Source: an archaeon
Lineage (GTDB): Archaea; Nanobdellota; Nanobdellia; Pacearchaeales; JAPDKA01
Direction of reading: 5' to 3'
Assembly (NCBI GenBank): GCA_029258825.1
Contig: JAPDKA010000003.1
Location: 66,065 to 130,064 of the forward strand
DNA: 64,000 nucleotides
Part shown: one piece after another, positions 53,281 to 63,998 of the stretch
Numbering within the stretch: position 1 is the first letter of the stretch
How the letters are laid out: every line of letters starts with the position of its first letter
Notes under the pieces: model-generated
What the model saw: only the letters and a program-made list of their open reading frames with translations
Database searches by the model: none
Told to the model about the DNA's origin: nothing
Program-made: the position numbers and the translations under genes

Positions 53281-55353
53281 TTAAGTTTGCCTACTTTTTA
53301 ACTTTTTCAAAAAATGATGTTTACAGTTTGGATTAAAACAAAATTCAATACTTTTACGCTTTAGAGTCAACTTTAATAGTGGAAATCCACATTCGCACTG
53401 TTTTTTTGTAACATTGATTTTTCCTTTTTGTGGTATTGTATACGCTACTTTACATTCTGGATAGTTGCTACATGCAATAAATCGTTTTCCATTTTTAGTT
53501 TTCTTTATACACAACATTCCCTTGTTGCATGTAGGACAATTGCATATAGCATTTTCTGTTTTTCTTCTTGTTATTTCACCATCGGCAAGAATTACTGCTA
53601 TATCTTGCTTTACTTTTTCGTACTGCTTGAATATATGGCTTAATACTTGCTTTGCTTTCTCTAAGATTTTTTTCTGTTCCTCTAGTGGTTGTTTACTTGT
53701 TGTAATTGCTTCAAGATGTTTTTCAAATTGTCTTGTTAAGCCTTCATCAGTTATTAAAGTGCTGAACTTATCAAGAGCATTTTCAACAGCACTGCCTAAC
53801 GGGGTTAGCTTTATTGAATTACCTTCTATATAGTTACGCTTGTATAATGTTTCTATTATTAATGCGCGCGTCCCTTTTGTACCTAGATTGCGTTTTGCAA
53901 GTTCTTTAACTAAGCTTGCTGGTGTGTATCGCTTTGGCGGCTGTGTTTGTTTTTGTTCAAAGCATACAGATTTTATTACAGCAAGTTCATTAATGCTTAA
54001 CTTTTCCTCATCGATTTTTGCATTGTATACTTTCAACCATCCTTGTTGCAATATTTGTTTTGCTGTTTTACTAAAAACAAAATTGTTAATGTTAAGTTTT
54101 ATTGTTTTCTGCTGTATTTCCGCATTTTCTGCAAAGCATGCAACAAAACGCCTAACAATCAGCTCATATACATTGCGTTCTTGCTTGTTAAGCTTATCGA
54201 TACCTTGCGTTACGCCTGTTGGGTATATAGCTGGATGTGCAGGATCTGCTGCCTTGCCCTCTATCGGTTTTTGCCTTACAGCGTATTTTACAAAGTTAAA
54301 TGCATTAGCTAACTTTTGTAGAATTTGCTTATACATTATGCTTGCTGGCAATTTTTGACTGCTTGTGCGCGGGTAGCTTATTAAACCATCAAGATATAGC
54401 TTTTGCGCAATTGCCAATAATCTTGCTGGTGTAATGTTAAAAAATTTATATGCTTCAGTTTGCAATGTAGTCAAGTCAAATGGGTGTGGTGGCTCAACAA
54501 CAATTTTTTTTGTTGTTATATCGAGCTTTACTTGTTTTCCTTCTAACTGTTTAAACTGCTGGAGTTTATCTTTTTCTTTAATTTCTTTATTTAGTTCAAG
54601 TTTAACAGTATTTCCTTTACTATCTTGCACAACCACAAAAACCTTCCAATAGGTTTCTGGCTTAAAATTTGCAATTTGTTTTTCTTTAAGCGCAACTAAC
54701 TTTAATGCGGGGCCTTGAACACGGCCTATACTCAATATTTTAAACAACCCTCTTAGCTTTATTGCTCTCATCAAGGCGCGGCTTAGATTTATACCATAAA
54801 ACCAATCTAGTATGTGTCTTGTTTCACCAGCAATGGCTTGACCGAAATCTATATGTTGCATTTTGTTTTCATATGCTTTAACTAACTCTTGCTTCGTTAA
54901 AGTGCTAAACTTCATTCTGTTTGCTTTAGTTGTATTTGCAAGAAACCGTAACACATTATAGCCAATCAGCTCGCCTTCTATATCATAATCGCATGCGATG
55001 GTTATTTCTTTCGCTTTGCTAATCAATTGTTTTAACACATTAATGTAATTACTGACATAATCTGTTTGGCTTTTCCTCCATTCAACATCAAATATGGGAA
55101 GTGAAATAGTGTTGTATTTTGCGCTAAGCGAAAATAAATGACCGACAGCGCTTGCAACAACAATTTTTTTGCTGTTCCTTTCTAGCACAAAGATGGGCAC
55201 ACCATTAACAACAATTTTTTCTGGTTTGCTGTCAGCTAAAGCATCAGCTATCTTTAATGCAGCCTTTGGCTTTTCTGCTATAATCAACTCGTAGTTTAGC
55301 CCAGCTAAATGCTCCAGATGAGTTGCTTTTGCTTGGACAAACTGTTTAGGCAT
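53281..55353 (-). CDS. topA: DNA topoisomerase, type IA (TopA/Topo III-like)
   Basis: N-terminal Toprim (ELIIAEKPKAALKIADAL), active-site Tyr motif DGLISYPRTSSQ, and C-terminal zinc ribbons (CNCPTCNKG; CSNYPECK). Confidence 0.85.
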   Translation of the reverse strand: MPKQFVQAKATHLEHLAGLNYELIIAEKPKAALKIADALADSKPEKIVVNGVPIFVLERNSKKIVVASAVGHLFSLSAKYNTISLPIFDVEWRKSQTDYVSNYINVLKQLISKAKEITIACDYDIEGELIGYNVLRFLANTTKANRMKFSTLTKQELVKAYENKMQHIDFGQAIAGETRHILDWFYGINLSRALMRAIKLRGLFKILSIGRVQGPALKLVALKEKQIANFKPETYWKVFVVVQDSKGNTVKLELNKEIKEKDKLQQFKQLEGKQVKLDITTKKIVVEPPHPFDLTTLQTEAYKFFNITPARLLAIAQKLYLDGLISYPRTSSQKLPASIMYKQILQKLANAFNFVKYAVRQKPIEGKAADPAHPAIYPTGVTQGIDKLNKQERNVYELIVRRFVACFAENAEIQQKTIKLNINNFVFSKTAKQILQQGWLKVYNAKIDEEKLSINELAVIKSVCFEQKQTQPPKRYTPASLVKELAKRNLGTKGTRALIIETLYKRNYIEGNSIKLTPLGSAVENALDKFSTLITDEGLTRQFEKHLEAITTSKQPLEEQKKILEKAKQVLSHIFKQYEKVKQDIAVILADGEITRRKTENAICNCPTCNKGMLCIKKTKNGKRFIACSNYPECKVAYTIPQKGKINVTKKQCECGFPLLKLTLKRKSIEFCFNPNCKHHFLKKLKSRQT

Positions 55354-55534
55354 TTTAGTATATTACAAGATAAAAGAAGGTATTTTAAAGGTATCGAAAC
55401 AAATTAATGAAAATGCAAGTCAAAAAGCAAGTTTAACATTAAGTTTATAAGTTTATAAAATTCAAATAAAGTAAAAAACAAAACAAGACAAAACAAGCTT
55501 AAGTAAACTTAAGTAAAATAAAAATAAACAAAAA

Positions 55535-56050
55535 ATGGAAAAACATACATATATAGCAATATTTTTGATAACATTACTTGCTGGTGTTGCAATAGGTTTA
55601 AGCATAGCAGCATACTACCAAAGCAAAACTACTGCAGTAACAACAATGGCATGGTTTGATTTGTTTAAGAAACAACAAATGCAAAAACAATTACCACCGC
55701 CAGACCATGTTATGCCTTGGGAAGAAACGAGTATGATTGATATCAGTGATTTTAAAGACAAAATAAATGAAACAAGATTGCAAAAGCTTATACAATATAA
55801 TGCAAACTTAACAAATGCAACAAAAAAATTGACAGCAGTAAGCAATGAATATGAACAAGCTCTAAAAGAAGCAATAAAACAAGAGATAATTGCGGCAATG
55901 AATGAAGCTAACGGTAGTTTTGACAAATTTACTTCAGGAGTATTGTGTGGAAGTAACTGTGAGTACATAGGAAAGCACTGTAAATATTGTTGGTGTAAAA
56001 CATGGTTCGGCTATCCAATAGCAGTAGTCAAGTGTACAGATTACTTTTAA
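55535..56050 (+). CDS. hypothetical secreted/membrane-anchored protein with a Cys-rich C-terminus
   Basis: An N-terminal TM helix or signal peptide, and a C-terminal CGSNCEYIGKHCKYCWCK...C segment. Confidence 0.4.
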   Translation: MEKHTYIAIFLITLLAGVAIGLSIAAYYQSKTTAVTTMAWFDLFKKQQMQKQLPPPDHVMPWEETSMIDISDFKDKINETRLQKLIQYNANLTNATKKLTAVSNEYEQALKEAIKQEIIAAMNEANGSFDKFTSGVLCGSNCEYIGKHCKYCWCKTWFGYPIAVVKCTDYF

Positions 56051-56092
56051 TTTGTTTTAAGATAATTATTTATTTTATTCCCTTTTTCTTTT

Positions 56093-56698
56093 TTATTTTC
56101 CCATTAACCACAACTTAATCCAACCAAGTTTTGGTATTCTAGCGATAGCTTTGCCGACAATTGCGTCTTGTGTTATGTTAAACTCAAAAGGCAATTGACC
56201 TTGGTTGTTGTCGCCTTTAGTTTGATAATAGCAATATCCATTAATGCATGTTTTATTTACAATTCTATGAATGACAGGTACTGCATTCTTATTTCCCATA
56301 GGCCAGAAAATGATTACATCTCCAATATTATAAGCATCTTTGTTTATACCTTTAACTATAACAACATCGCCTTTATACAAACCTTGTACAAATGGCCAAC
56401 CCATAAATTGAGCCTTGCTAATATTATGCTTCACATACCATAAACCATAACTAATCCAATAATCATCAAAACCACAGCAATGTTCCATGCTTGTTGATTC
56501 TATGACAACAAAAGGCATTTCTGTATGCAGGATCGCACTTGCGCAAGGAAAAATGACAAACTTCACAAGCAAAAAAGCAAATACAAGCATGAACAAATAA
56601 CTCCAATTGCTCTCCCACAAATAGTATTTAAGCAATTTGCAAAACTTTGCTCGTGTTAATGATCTTGCTTTATCTTTGCTTGATTTAACTTTATTCAT
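56093..56698 (-). CDS. signal peptidase I (archaeal Sec11/S26B type)
   Basis: An N-terminal TM helix, a catalytic Ser region (VVIESTSMEH) and the conserved His region (VIHRIV). A BRE/TATA (CCGAAATATCTTTAAATA) lies about 30 bp upstream. Confidence 0.6.
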   Translation of the reverse strand: MNKVKSSKDKARSLTRAKFCKLLKYYLWESNWSYLFMLVFAFLLVKFVIFPCASAILHTEMPFVVIESTSMEHCCGFDDYWISYGLWYVKHNISKAQFMGWPFVQGLYKGDVVIVKGINKDAYNIGDVIIFWPMGNKNAVPVIHRIVNKTCINGYCYYQTKGDNNQGQLPFEFNITQDAIVGKAIARIPKLGWIKLWLMGK

Positions 56699-56800
56699 GC
56701 CAACCTTAACATTTACCTATTTAAAGATATTTCGGTAATTATAAATAAATATAGAAAAAGCAACGAAAAGTTTAAATACTAAAATAGATTAGTACTAATC

Positions 56801-58195
56801 ATGATTAGGTTTGTTAATAGAAATAGAGAGTTGAACATTTTAAATAGAGATTGGAATAATTTGAATAATGGATTTATAGTTATTTATGGTAGAAGAAGGA
56901 TCGGAAAGACAAAGCTTATAGAGGAATTTGTAAAAGACAAAAAAGGAATAAGTTATACTGCCGAAGATACAAGCAAGAAAATTCAGATAAGAGAATTCAA
57001 AGATGCTATAGCAAGTTTTTTGGATGATGATTTTTTGAAAAACCAAGAGATAGTAAGTTGGTCTTCTTTGTTTGAGTATTTACAAAAAGTGCTAGATAGA
57101 AATAAGCGTTTTTATATATGGATAGACGAATTTTCTTATTTGTTAAAAAATGATAAATCATTACCAAGCATATTACAAAAATTCATTGATAAATTCTTGA
57201 GGAACTCTAAAATTTTCTTTATTGTAAGTGGCTCATTATTTGGTTTAATGAAAGAAAAGGTTTTATCAAATTCTTCCCCCCTTTACGGAAGGAGAACAAG
57301 AGACATATTACTTAGAGAACTAAATTTCGAACATGCAATCAAATTCGTTAATTTTAATTTTGAAGACAAATTAAAAACATTCCTTACAATTGGAGGAATT
57401 CCAGAATATCTTTTAGTAGCTTCAAAATTCAAAACTTATGAAGAATTTATAAAACAAGAATTTTTTACTCATGAAGGATATTTCTACAGAGAGCCTTATT
57501 TCCTACTATCCCAAGAATTTAAAGAGATAAGGATCTATTTTTCTATACTTAATGCGATTGCATATGGTAATACAAAACCAAGCGAGATAGCAAATTTTGT
57601 TGGGATAAAAACAAGGGAAATATACCCTTATCTTGAATTACTTAATGCTTACGGATTCGTTACAAGAGAGAAACATCTATTCAAAGAAAAGCTAGGAATC
57701 TATTTAATCAAAGATTGTTTTTTTGATTTCTGGTTTAATTTTGTACATAAGAATAGAGAGCTTATAGAAAGAGGAGCTTATGAATTAAATAAAAAAAAGA
57801 TAAACACATATCTTGGAAAAAGATTCGAGATTTTCATTAAAGATAACTTCCATTACTTTTTCAAGGATTATACAAAAATCGGCAGATGGTGGCACAAAGA
57901 CAGAGAAATTGATATTGTAGCTATCAACGAAAAAAACAAGCAAATTCTTGCTTGTGAATGCAAATGGCAAAGCAGGGTTAATGCTGAAAAGATAGCTAAA
58001 GAACTAAACGAAAAGCTTGGCTATGTTGATTGGCAAAAAGATAAAAGAAAAGAAAGTTTTGCTATTTTTGCAAAAAGCTTTAGCAAACGCATTAAGGAAT
58101 GGCAAGGCAAGCCTGTTTATTGCTTTGATTTGAAGGATTTAGAGAAAGCAATGAAACACAAAACAAAACACAAAAAATTTTTAAAGAGTAAATGA
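56801..58195 (+). CDS. archaeal AAA-type ATPase fused to a DUF234 domain
   Basis: Walker A IYGRRRIGKTKL, Walker B WIDEFSYL, then a C-terminal DUF234-like region. This is a common archaeal architecture. Confidence 0.6.
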   Translation: MIRFVNRNRELNILNRDWNNLNNGFIVIYGRRRIGKTKLIEEFVKDKKGISYTAEDTSKKIQIREFKDAIASFLDDDFLKNQEIVSWSSLFEYLQKVLDRNKRFYIWIDEFSYLLKNDKSLPSILQKFIDKFLRNSKIFFIVSGSLFGLMKEKVLSNSSPLYGRRTRDILLRELNFEHAIKFVNFNFEDKLKTFLTIGGIPEYLLVASKFKTYEEFIKQEFFTHEGYFYREPYFLLSQEFKEIRIYFSILNAIAYGNTKPSEIANFVGIKTREIYPYLELLNAYGFVTREKHLFKEKLGIYLIKDCFFDFWFNFVHKNRELIERGAYELNKKKINTYLGKRFEIFIKDNFHYFFKDYTKIGRWWHKDREIDIVAINEKNKQILACECKWQSRVNAEKIAKELNEKLGYVDWQKDKRKESFAIFAKSFSKRIKEWQGKPVYCFDLKDLEKAMKHKTKHKKFLKSK

Positions 58196-61100
58196 GTTGG
58201 GTGAGTATGAAGAGGGGTGTAAAATATTTAATTATGTTATTTTTTTTCATGTTATTATTATTTATGAATATCGATCACAACGTTAAAGCGGCAACACAAA
58301 AAAAAGAGCTATTAATATTATTTACGTTGAAATTAAATAGTGATGGGAGTACACACCCACATACTACAAACTTGAAAGGATGGGTAATAGACTTTTCCGA
58401 TCAACAACAACCAACAAAGAGATTAAAGAAAGAAGGGGAAAGCAATAATATTTTTGTTGAGAATGTACCAATAGAGTTTGAAACAGGAGTATGGGATCAC
58501 AATTTTGGATATGGTGTGGGAGCTACTTTGGGTGATTACGATTGTGATAAAAAACCTGATTTGATAATAGCATATGGTACAGGTTGGAACAATAACAAAC
58601 CTCAATGGATAAAATTATTAATATTTGAAAATATAAAACTAGTAGAACGTGGCGGTGTGGTAACATACTATGAACTTCAATATGATAGAGAAAAAGAAAT
58701 TGATTTAACAAGAGATTATGATGGAATAAAATATTTACTTGGTGATCATGTTGGAGGAATAGGAATCACATTTGTAGGATGTAGAGGCGACATTAGTAAA
58801 TTTAGAATAGTAGTATTCGATCCTGAAAAAGACTGTAAAGCTAGAGCAGTCGATGTAGAGTTATGTAACTGTAAATACTATGGAAGTTCAAGTATAAGTT
58901 GGTGGAGTGGTTGGCCAAGCGGAAGTATAGCAAATGAAAGAGGAAGTGGAGTCGGAGTAATTAATAAAACTTATTTTATGATATATACTACTTACTTTAA
59001 GGAAACTGAAAATCTTCTTGATATATTCGAATGTGATGAAAGTTCTGAGAAGTGTACAAAAAAAGAGGGAAAAGATCTTAATTGGAATGTAGCTTCTGGC
59101 ATAGGGGCCACATCAAAATCAAAAGATACGGTAATTATAGCAATTACTTCCTATAAACCAAATGATGATGTTGCAAAAATAAAATTGATGAAGCTAGACA
59201 CTACAAAGTTACACGAATTTGGTGTTTTCAATTCACCAAGATTAAGTGAAGGATTATCGACATTCGGCATTGGTTTAGCACGGGCCGTTATAAACCCTTT
59301 TAGTGGGAAACTTATAGAAGACTGCTCAAATGGCTTAGATGATGATTTCGATGGAAAGATTGATGATAATGATAAAGATTGTGATGAAAGTCAGCATTGT
59401 GGTGATGGAATAGACAATGATGATGATGGTAAGAAAGATTGCGCCGATCCAGACTGCTGGGGAAAAACAGGTCCAAATGGAGTGAGATGTTGTGGTTCAG
59501 ATGATGATTGTGGTAATAAGTGTAAAAATTGTAAGTATTATAAGGGTGAATGTAATAATAACATATGTACATGGGAGGAACATATAGGTACTGACGAGGA
59601 TAATGATGAACACGATGTAGAGTGTGGATATCAATGTGAATGTAATGACAGTGATGATACTATTCATAAAGACGCAACTGAAATCTGCACTGACGAAATA
59701 GACAATGATTGTGATGACCTAATCGACTGCGATGATCCTGATTGTACAAACAACCCTGCGTGTGCTCCTCAAACAGAAACAGACTGTTCAAACGAAATTG
59801 ATGATGATGGAGATGGTTTTATTGATTGTGAGGATCCTGACTGTGCTGGACGTGAAGGTCCAAATGGGAAAATTTGTTGTCAAGAAAGCTGGGACTGTCC
59901 TGGATGGCCAACACAATTTTGTAGTAAACCTACCCACGCATGCACATATTGTAGTAAATCTGGTGAATGTAGCATAGAAAAATGCGATTATAAAATATTC
60001 GGATGTTGTATTTCTCAAGGAAAAGTATGCAAAGATTCTACATGCCAAACAGCATGTCAAGTAGTAAAAAATCGCAAAATTAATTTAAAAGAGTTGGAAG
60101 ATATTCCACAGTGCTTAGTACTTCGAGGAAACGTAACTCTAGATTGTCAAAACCAGATATTAGACGGAAGTCATACTAATTTTCCTGCTGCGATAGTTAT
60201 TTCTAACGAAAATGGAGAGGACGGTCCGATAATAATTAAGAACTGTAAACTACAAAATTGGGTATACGGAATTTTAGCATATTATTCTGCAAACATTATA
60301 TTAGAGAATGTAGAAATAAATAACTCTAAACGACAGTGCGATACAGGAGGTATAGGAGCAGCATTCTACGAAAGTAAAGATATAACAATAATCAATAGCA
60401 AGATTGTTAATAACAGTTGGGATGGTATTGGAATCTACGCTAGACGATATAATGTAAGTAACATAACAATACGTGGTAGCACCATTTACTACAACGGCTG
60501 GCAATCAACAAACGGCGGAGCTGGTATTTCGTTCTATACCCCAAGCAACAACAAGTTAAGTGATATAACGGTAAAAAACAGCCATATTTACAACAATTCA
60601 TTTTCAGGTATATACTTGAAAAATGTTGAGAATGTCAAAATAATAGGCAACAACATACATGATAATAACATAGGTATTAACGTTAATGGAAATAGTAGTG
60701 GTATAACGATAATAGACAACATAATACACAGAAACGTAAATAATACAAACAATTTTCCAGAGAATATTAAAAAAGATGAATATGGTTTAAATGAAGCTGG
60801 ACAAGGAATAAGGCTTAAAACAATTGTTGGAGAAAAAATACGAAATGTAACAATAAAAAATAACGAGATTTACGATAATGATGCAGAAGGTATTGATAGT
60901 TACTGGAGGGATAGTGGAAACTTATTTGATATTCAAATACTACAAAACACATTAAAAGACAATAGACATGGCATTTCTCTGAAGAATGTTGACAGATTCG
61001 TAATAAGAAATAAATTAACTCAAACTAATGTTTTTAAAAATGGAGAGGAACCATTATGGGAGTGGGAGTGCGTCCCAATTGAAAACCATGACTCTGCGAT

Positions 61101-63375
61101 CACAATAGCTAAAAGCAAAAATGGTATTATTAGCGTATGCTCTATTAATAACTGCTTCGGTGAATACGCAAGAGGTATAGGAATAGGCGACTCAGAAAAT
61201 ATTATTATCAGGTATACAAAGGTAACAAACTGTCAAGGCAATGGCACAGTTTTCTGGAGAAGCAGAAATATCACATTTATCAACGATGTTTTCTGCAACA
61301 ATACGGTTGATGTTAATAATTTTACTGGGAATAGCGAGATAACAATAGAGAATGTGACGTGTGATAAGAGTATAAATTTTAAGTGCACAAATAATTGTAC
61401 GCCCGGCAGGGAAGAAGGAAGATATATACTGGCTACTTGTTGGGAAAAGGGAAATTTCAAAAAATGCAATGGAAGCTATGAGGTAAAGGTTGATACTACT
61501 GTGAACGCTAGAGTAGAGGTTAACACATCATTGATAAATGGAAGGAAAGCAAAAGTAAACATAACAATCTATAAACGCACGTGCTGGTCTAGTGGTGTTA
61601 CTTTTGCTGTGTGGAGTGGAATGGCAACTGGAGGGATACCACCAGATGATGGAGAACAAATTTGTGAAGATAAATTAATCGACACAGCGGTTGTAGATGT
61701 AACAGATGGTATAGCAAGACTATCGTTTACGCCTGAAGAGCTGGCCACTCGAGAGGAAGACTCATGGTACTGGTTTAAAGCAAGATTGATAATAGATAAC
61801 AACGTTATAGAAGAAAAAAACAGCTACAGGCTTTATGTTTATAGAGAACTACCAAACCGCCCACCAGTAGCTATAATAACATCGCCAACGCCGGAATGTG
61901 ATCCAAACGTGCATGAATGTATATGCTATGAGAATGGAGTAGCAAAAGAATGTGGTCCTGATAATCCATGTGGCGACAATATAGGCCCATGCTATTACAA
62001 AAATAATACAGCAATCTGGTTTAATCAAACAAGTTATGATCCTGACGGTTACGATGATATTGTTGAATGGTACTGGAACATGAGTGATGGAAAGACATAT
62101 AATGTAGATTGGAGCAATAATAAAAATGTGAATCTAACACATAAATATCAAGCTAATACTGTTCCAGCATTTTATATGCCTTTTGTGTATTTAAAAGATA
62201 AAGCAAAAAATGAATCAATAGCATCTTCTAATATATGGGTAATTACTAAAGACATTACAAATTGGCCACCGATATTAGAAATATTAAGTCCAAAACAAGG
62301 AGAAACTATAAATAAAAATAAAATAGAATTGAAAATACGATTTGAGGATCCTGATAATGATATTTCTGAATATTCATTTTGGTATCTTTTATCCTCATAT
62401 GATGGAAGATATACATACTCTACAATATGTAGTCCAGCACAATCATTAGATTGCCCTAACATAACACTCACACTTCCTATAAATGGAAAATATGGCCTAC
62501 TAGTTTTTGCTTTTAATGGTGAAAGTAATAATAACTGGGCAATATCTTATATAGAATTCGATGTAGAAGGTATTGATGAATGTGTATGCTCAACAAGCAG
62601 CGGGCTAATTCCATGCGGAATGTGTTTCGATAATGGAAAATACTGCAATGATAAAGGGGAGGTGGTTGATAATTGTACAGCGTGTGGATGTAACGATGGT
62701 TATTACTGTGCAGAATCAGGCAAGTGTGTAGAAGGCCACACTACTGAAGAGTGTGCGCAAAAAACAGATATAGAAAGTTGTCATGAATTGGAAGGATGTT
62801 ATTGGGACGATTGTAAAGCATGTGAAGATGTGACAACTCCATCCTGTAGTGTATATACAAATGACACAACATGTTGGCTTGATCCTTGTATATTTAATGA
62901 TGAGGAGGCACAGGCGATAACTTCAAATTTAAATAATGGAGAACAGTTTATAGGCGGAAACTGTGCTTGGGACGAAACGCAGAATAAATGTTATTATAAC
63001 TATACAGTTATTGGGCCTAATGGTGGGTATATTTGTAAGAAAACAACAACTGTAGTACAAGAATGTAGTAATGTTAACAGAAAAAGAATTGTAGAAATAA
63101 AGTACTATAAATGTGATTTGAATGGGGAAAATTGTGTAGAAGATAGTTCAAATGAGTGTCCAGGTCAACCTAGAGGGATAGTCGAATATAACTGCCCACA
63201 AACACCTGGCGAGCAATTGCCAGCAATTAGCACAACAGCTATAGGTCTTGCTATAGCATTAGTCATACTTTACTACATGATTAAAGCGAGCAAGATTGGC
63301 AGTAAGAAGCCAATTAAGAAAAGAGGGAAAAAGAAAAAGAGAAAATCAAAAAAGAGAAAAGTCAAGAAAAAATAG
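58192..63375 (+). CDS. giant (1727 aa) cell-surface protein: signal peptide, MopE-like Cys/Asp putative metal-binding repeats, a right-handed beta-helix (PbH1-like) region, a PKD-like domain, and a C-terminal TM anchor with a poly-Lys tail
   Basis: N-terminal hydrophobic leader. At least 5 C-x-D-x-DDD-DG-x-ID-x-D-DC-x-DPDC repeats (aa about 375-560). NNxIxxN/GIxL beta-helix repeats (aa about 640-900). A DPDGYDDIVEWYWNMSDGK PKD-like motif. The C-terminus is PGEQLPAISTTAIGLAIALVILYYMIKASK + KKRGKKKKRKSKKRKVKKK. Confidence 0.75.
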   Translation: MSWVSMKRGVKYLIMLFFFMLLLFMNIDHNVKAATQKKELLILFTLKLNSDGSTHPHTTNLKGWVIDFSDQQQPTKRLKKEGESNNIFVENVPIEFETGVWDHNFGYGVGATLGDYDCDKKPDLIIAYGTGWNNNKPQWIKLLIFENIKLVERGGVVTYYELQYDREKEIDLTRDYDGIKYLLGDHVGGIGITFVGCRGDISKFRIVVFDPEKDCKARAVDVELCNCKYYGSSSISWWSGWPSGSIANERGSGVGVINKTYFMIYTTYFKETENLLDIFECDESSEKCTKKEGKDLNWNVASGIGATSKSKDTVIIAITSYKPNDDVAKIKLMKLDTTKLHEFGVFNSPRLSEGLSTFGIGLARAVINPFSGKLIEDCSNGLDDDFDGKIDDNDKDCDESQHCGDGIDNDDDGKKDCADPDCWGKTGPNGVRCCGSDDDCGNKCKNCKYYKGECNNNICTWEEHIGTDEDNDEHDVECGYQCECNDSDDTIHKDATEICTDEIDNDCDDLIDCDDPDCTNNPACAPQTETDCSNEIDDDGDGFIDCEDPDCAGREGPNGKICCQESWDCPGWPTQFCSKPTHACTYCSKSGECSIEKCDYKIFGCCISQGKVCKDSTCQTACQVVKNRKINLKELEDIPQCLVLRGNVTLDCQNQILDGSHTNFPAAIVISNENGEDGPIIIKNCKLQNWVYGILAYYSANIILENVEINNSKRQCDTGGIGAAFYESKDITIINSKIVNNSWDGIGIYARRYNVSNITIRGSTIYYNGWQSTNGGAGISFYTPSNNKLSDITVKNSHIYNNSFSGIYLKNVENVKIIGNNIHDNNIGINVNGNSSGITIIDNIIHRNVNNTNNFPENIKKDEYGLNEAGQGIRLKTIVGEKIRNVTIKNNEIYDNDAEGIDSYWRDSGNLFDIQILQNTLKDNRHGISLKNVDRFVIRNKLTQTNVFKNGEEPLWEWECVPIENHDSAITIAKSKNGIISVCSINNCFGEYARGIGIGDSENIIIRYTKVTNCQGNGTVFWRSRNITFINDVFCNNTVDVNNFTGNSEITIENVTCDKSINFKCTNNCTPGREEGRYILATCWEKGNFKKCNGSYEVKVDTTVNARVEVNTSLINGRKAKVNITIYKRTCWSSGVTFAVWSGMATGGIPPDDGEQICEDKLIDTAVVDVTDGIARLSFTPEELATREEDSWYWFKARLIIDNNVIEEKNSYRLYVYRELPNRPPVAIITSPTPECDPNVHECICYENGVAKECGPDNPCGDNIGPCYYKNNTAIWFNQTSYDPDGYDDIVEWYWNMSDGKTYNVDWSNNKNVNLTHKYQANTVPAFYMPFVYLKDKAKNESIASSNIWVITKDITNWPPILEILSPKQGETINKNKIELKIRFEDPDNDISEYSFWYLLSSYDGRYTYSTICSPAQSLDCPNITLTLPINGKYGLLVFAFNGESNNNWAISYIEFDVEGIDECVCSTSSGLIPCGMCFDNGKYCNDKGEVVDNCTACGCNDGYYCAESGKCVEGHTTEECAQKTDIESCHELEGCYWDDCKACEDVTTPSCSVYTNDTTCWLDPCIFNDEEAQAITSNLNNGEQFIGGNCAWDETQNKCYYNYTVIGPNGGYICKKTTTVVQECSNVNRKRIVEIKYYKCDLNGENCVEDSSNECPGQPRGIVEYNCPQTPGEQLPAISTTAIGLAIALVILYYMIKASKIGSKKPIKKRGKKKKRKSKKRKVKKK

Positions 63376-63398
63376 TTATTAAATATTAAAATTAAATT

Positions 63399-63998
63399 TT
63401 ATTTCTTCTTATTAAAATAATCACAAACATCTGTAAGAGGGCAAATATTGCAACGTGGCTTTGCTGTTGTGCATATTTGCTTTCCGAAAAACACAAAACC
63501 TCTGTTAATATATTTAAGTTGATCTGGTTTTATAACGTTTAAAAACAAATCTTGTAATGTTTGTTGTATTTCATCATAGTTTGTGCTGTCAACTAAGCCT
63601 AAACGTCTTGCAATAACTGCAACATGGACGTCAACAGCGATGATAGGCATACCAAAAGCGTCTGCCAAAACAACGTCTGCAATTTTATTACCAACACCCG
63701 GCAACTTCATAAGTTGCTTCTTGTTTGAAGGCACAATTGAATTGAACTGATACTGCAACATTCTAGCAAGTTGTTTAAGCTTTTTCGCTTTCTGTTTATA
63801 AAAGCCTACAGGCTTAATTAGAGAAGCTATTTTTGTTATGCTTAAACGTGCTAGTTTCTCTGGAGTATCAGCAATGCGTAACAATTTTGCTGCTGCCTTT
63901 TCAGTTATTTCTTCTTTAGTTCTCGCGCTTAACACGGCAAACACAAGCACATGAAAAGGTTCACTAAACAAATTAGGCTTGTAATATTGTTTCAACAC
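63399..63998 (-). CDS. nth: endonuclease III (Nth), HhH-GPD family with a 4Fe-4S cluster; N-terminus possibly beyond the window end
   Basis: HhH motif LMKLPGVGNKIADVVL, catalytic Asp region, and a C-terminal CTTAKPRCNICPLTDVC FCL cluster. Confidence 0.8.
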   Translation of the reverse strand: MLKQYYKPNLFSEPFHVLVFAVLSARTKEEITEKAAAKLLRIADTPEKLARLSITKIASLIKPVGFYKQKAKKLKQLARMLQYQFNSIVPSNKKQLMKLPGVGNKIADVVLADAFGMPIIAVDVHVAVIARRLGLVDSTNYDEIQQTLQDLFLNVIKPDQLKYINRGFVFFGKQICTTAKPRCNICPLTDVCDYFNKKK

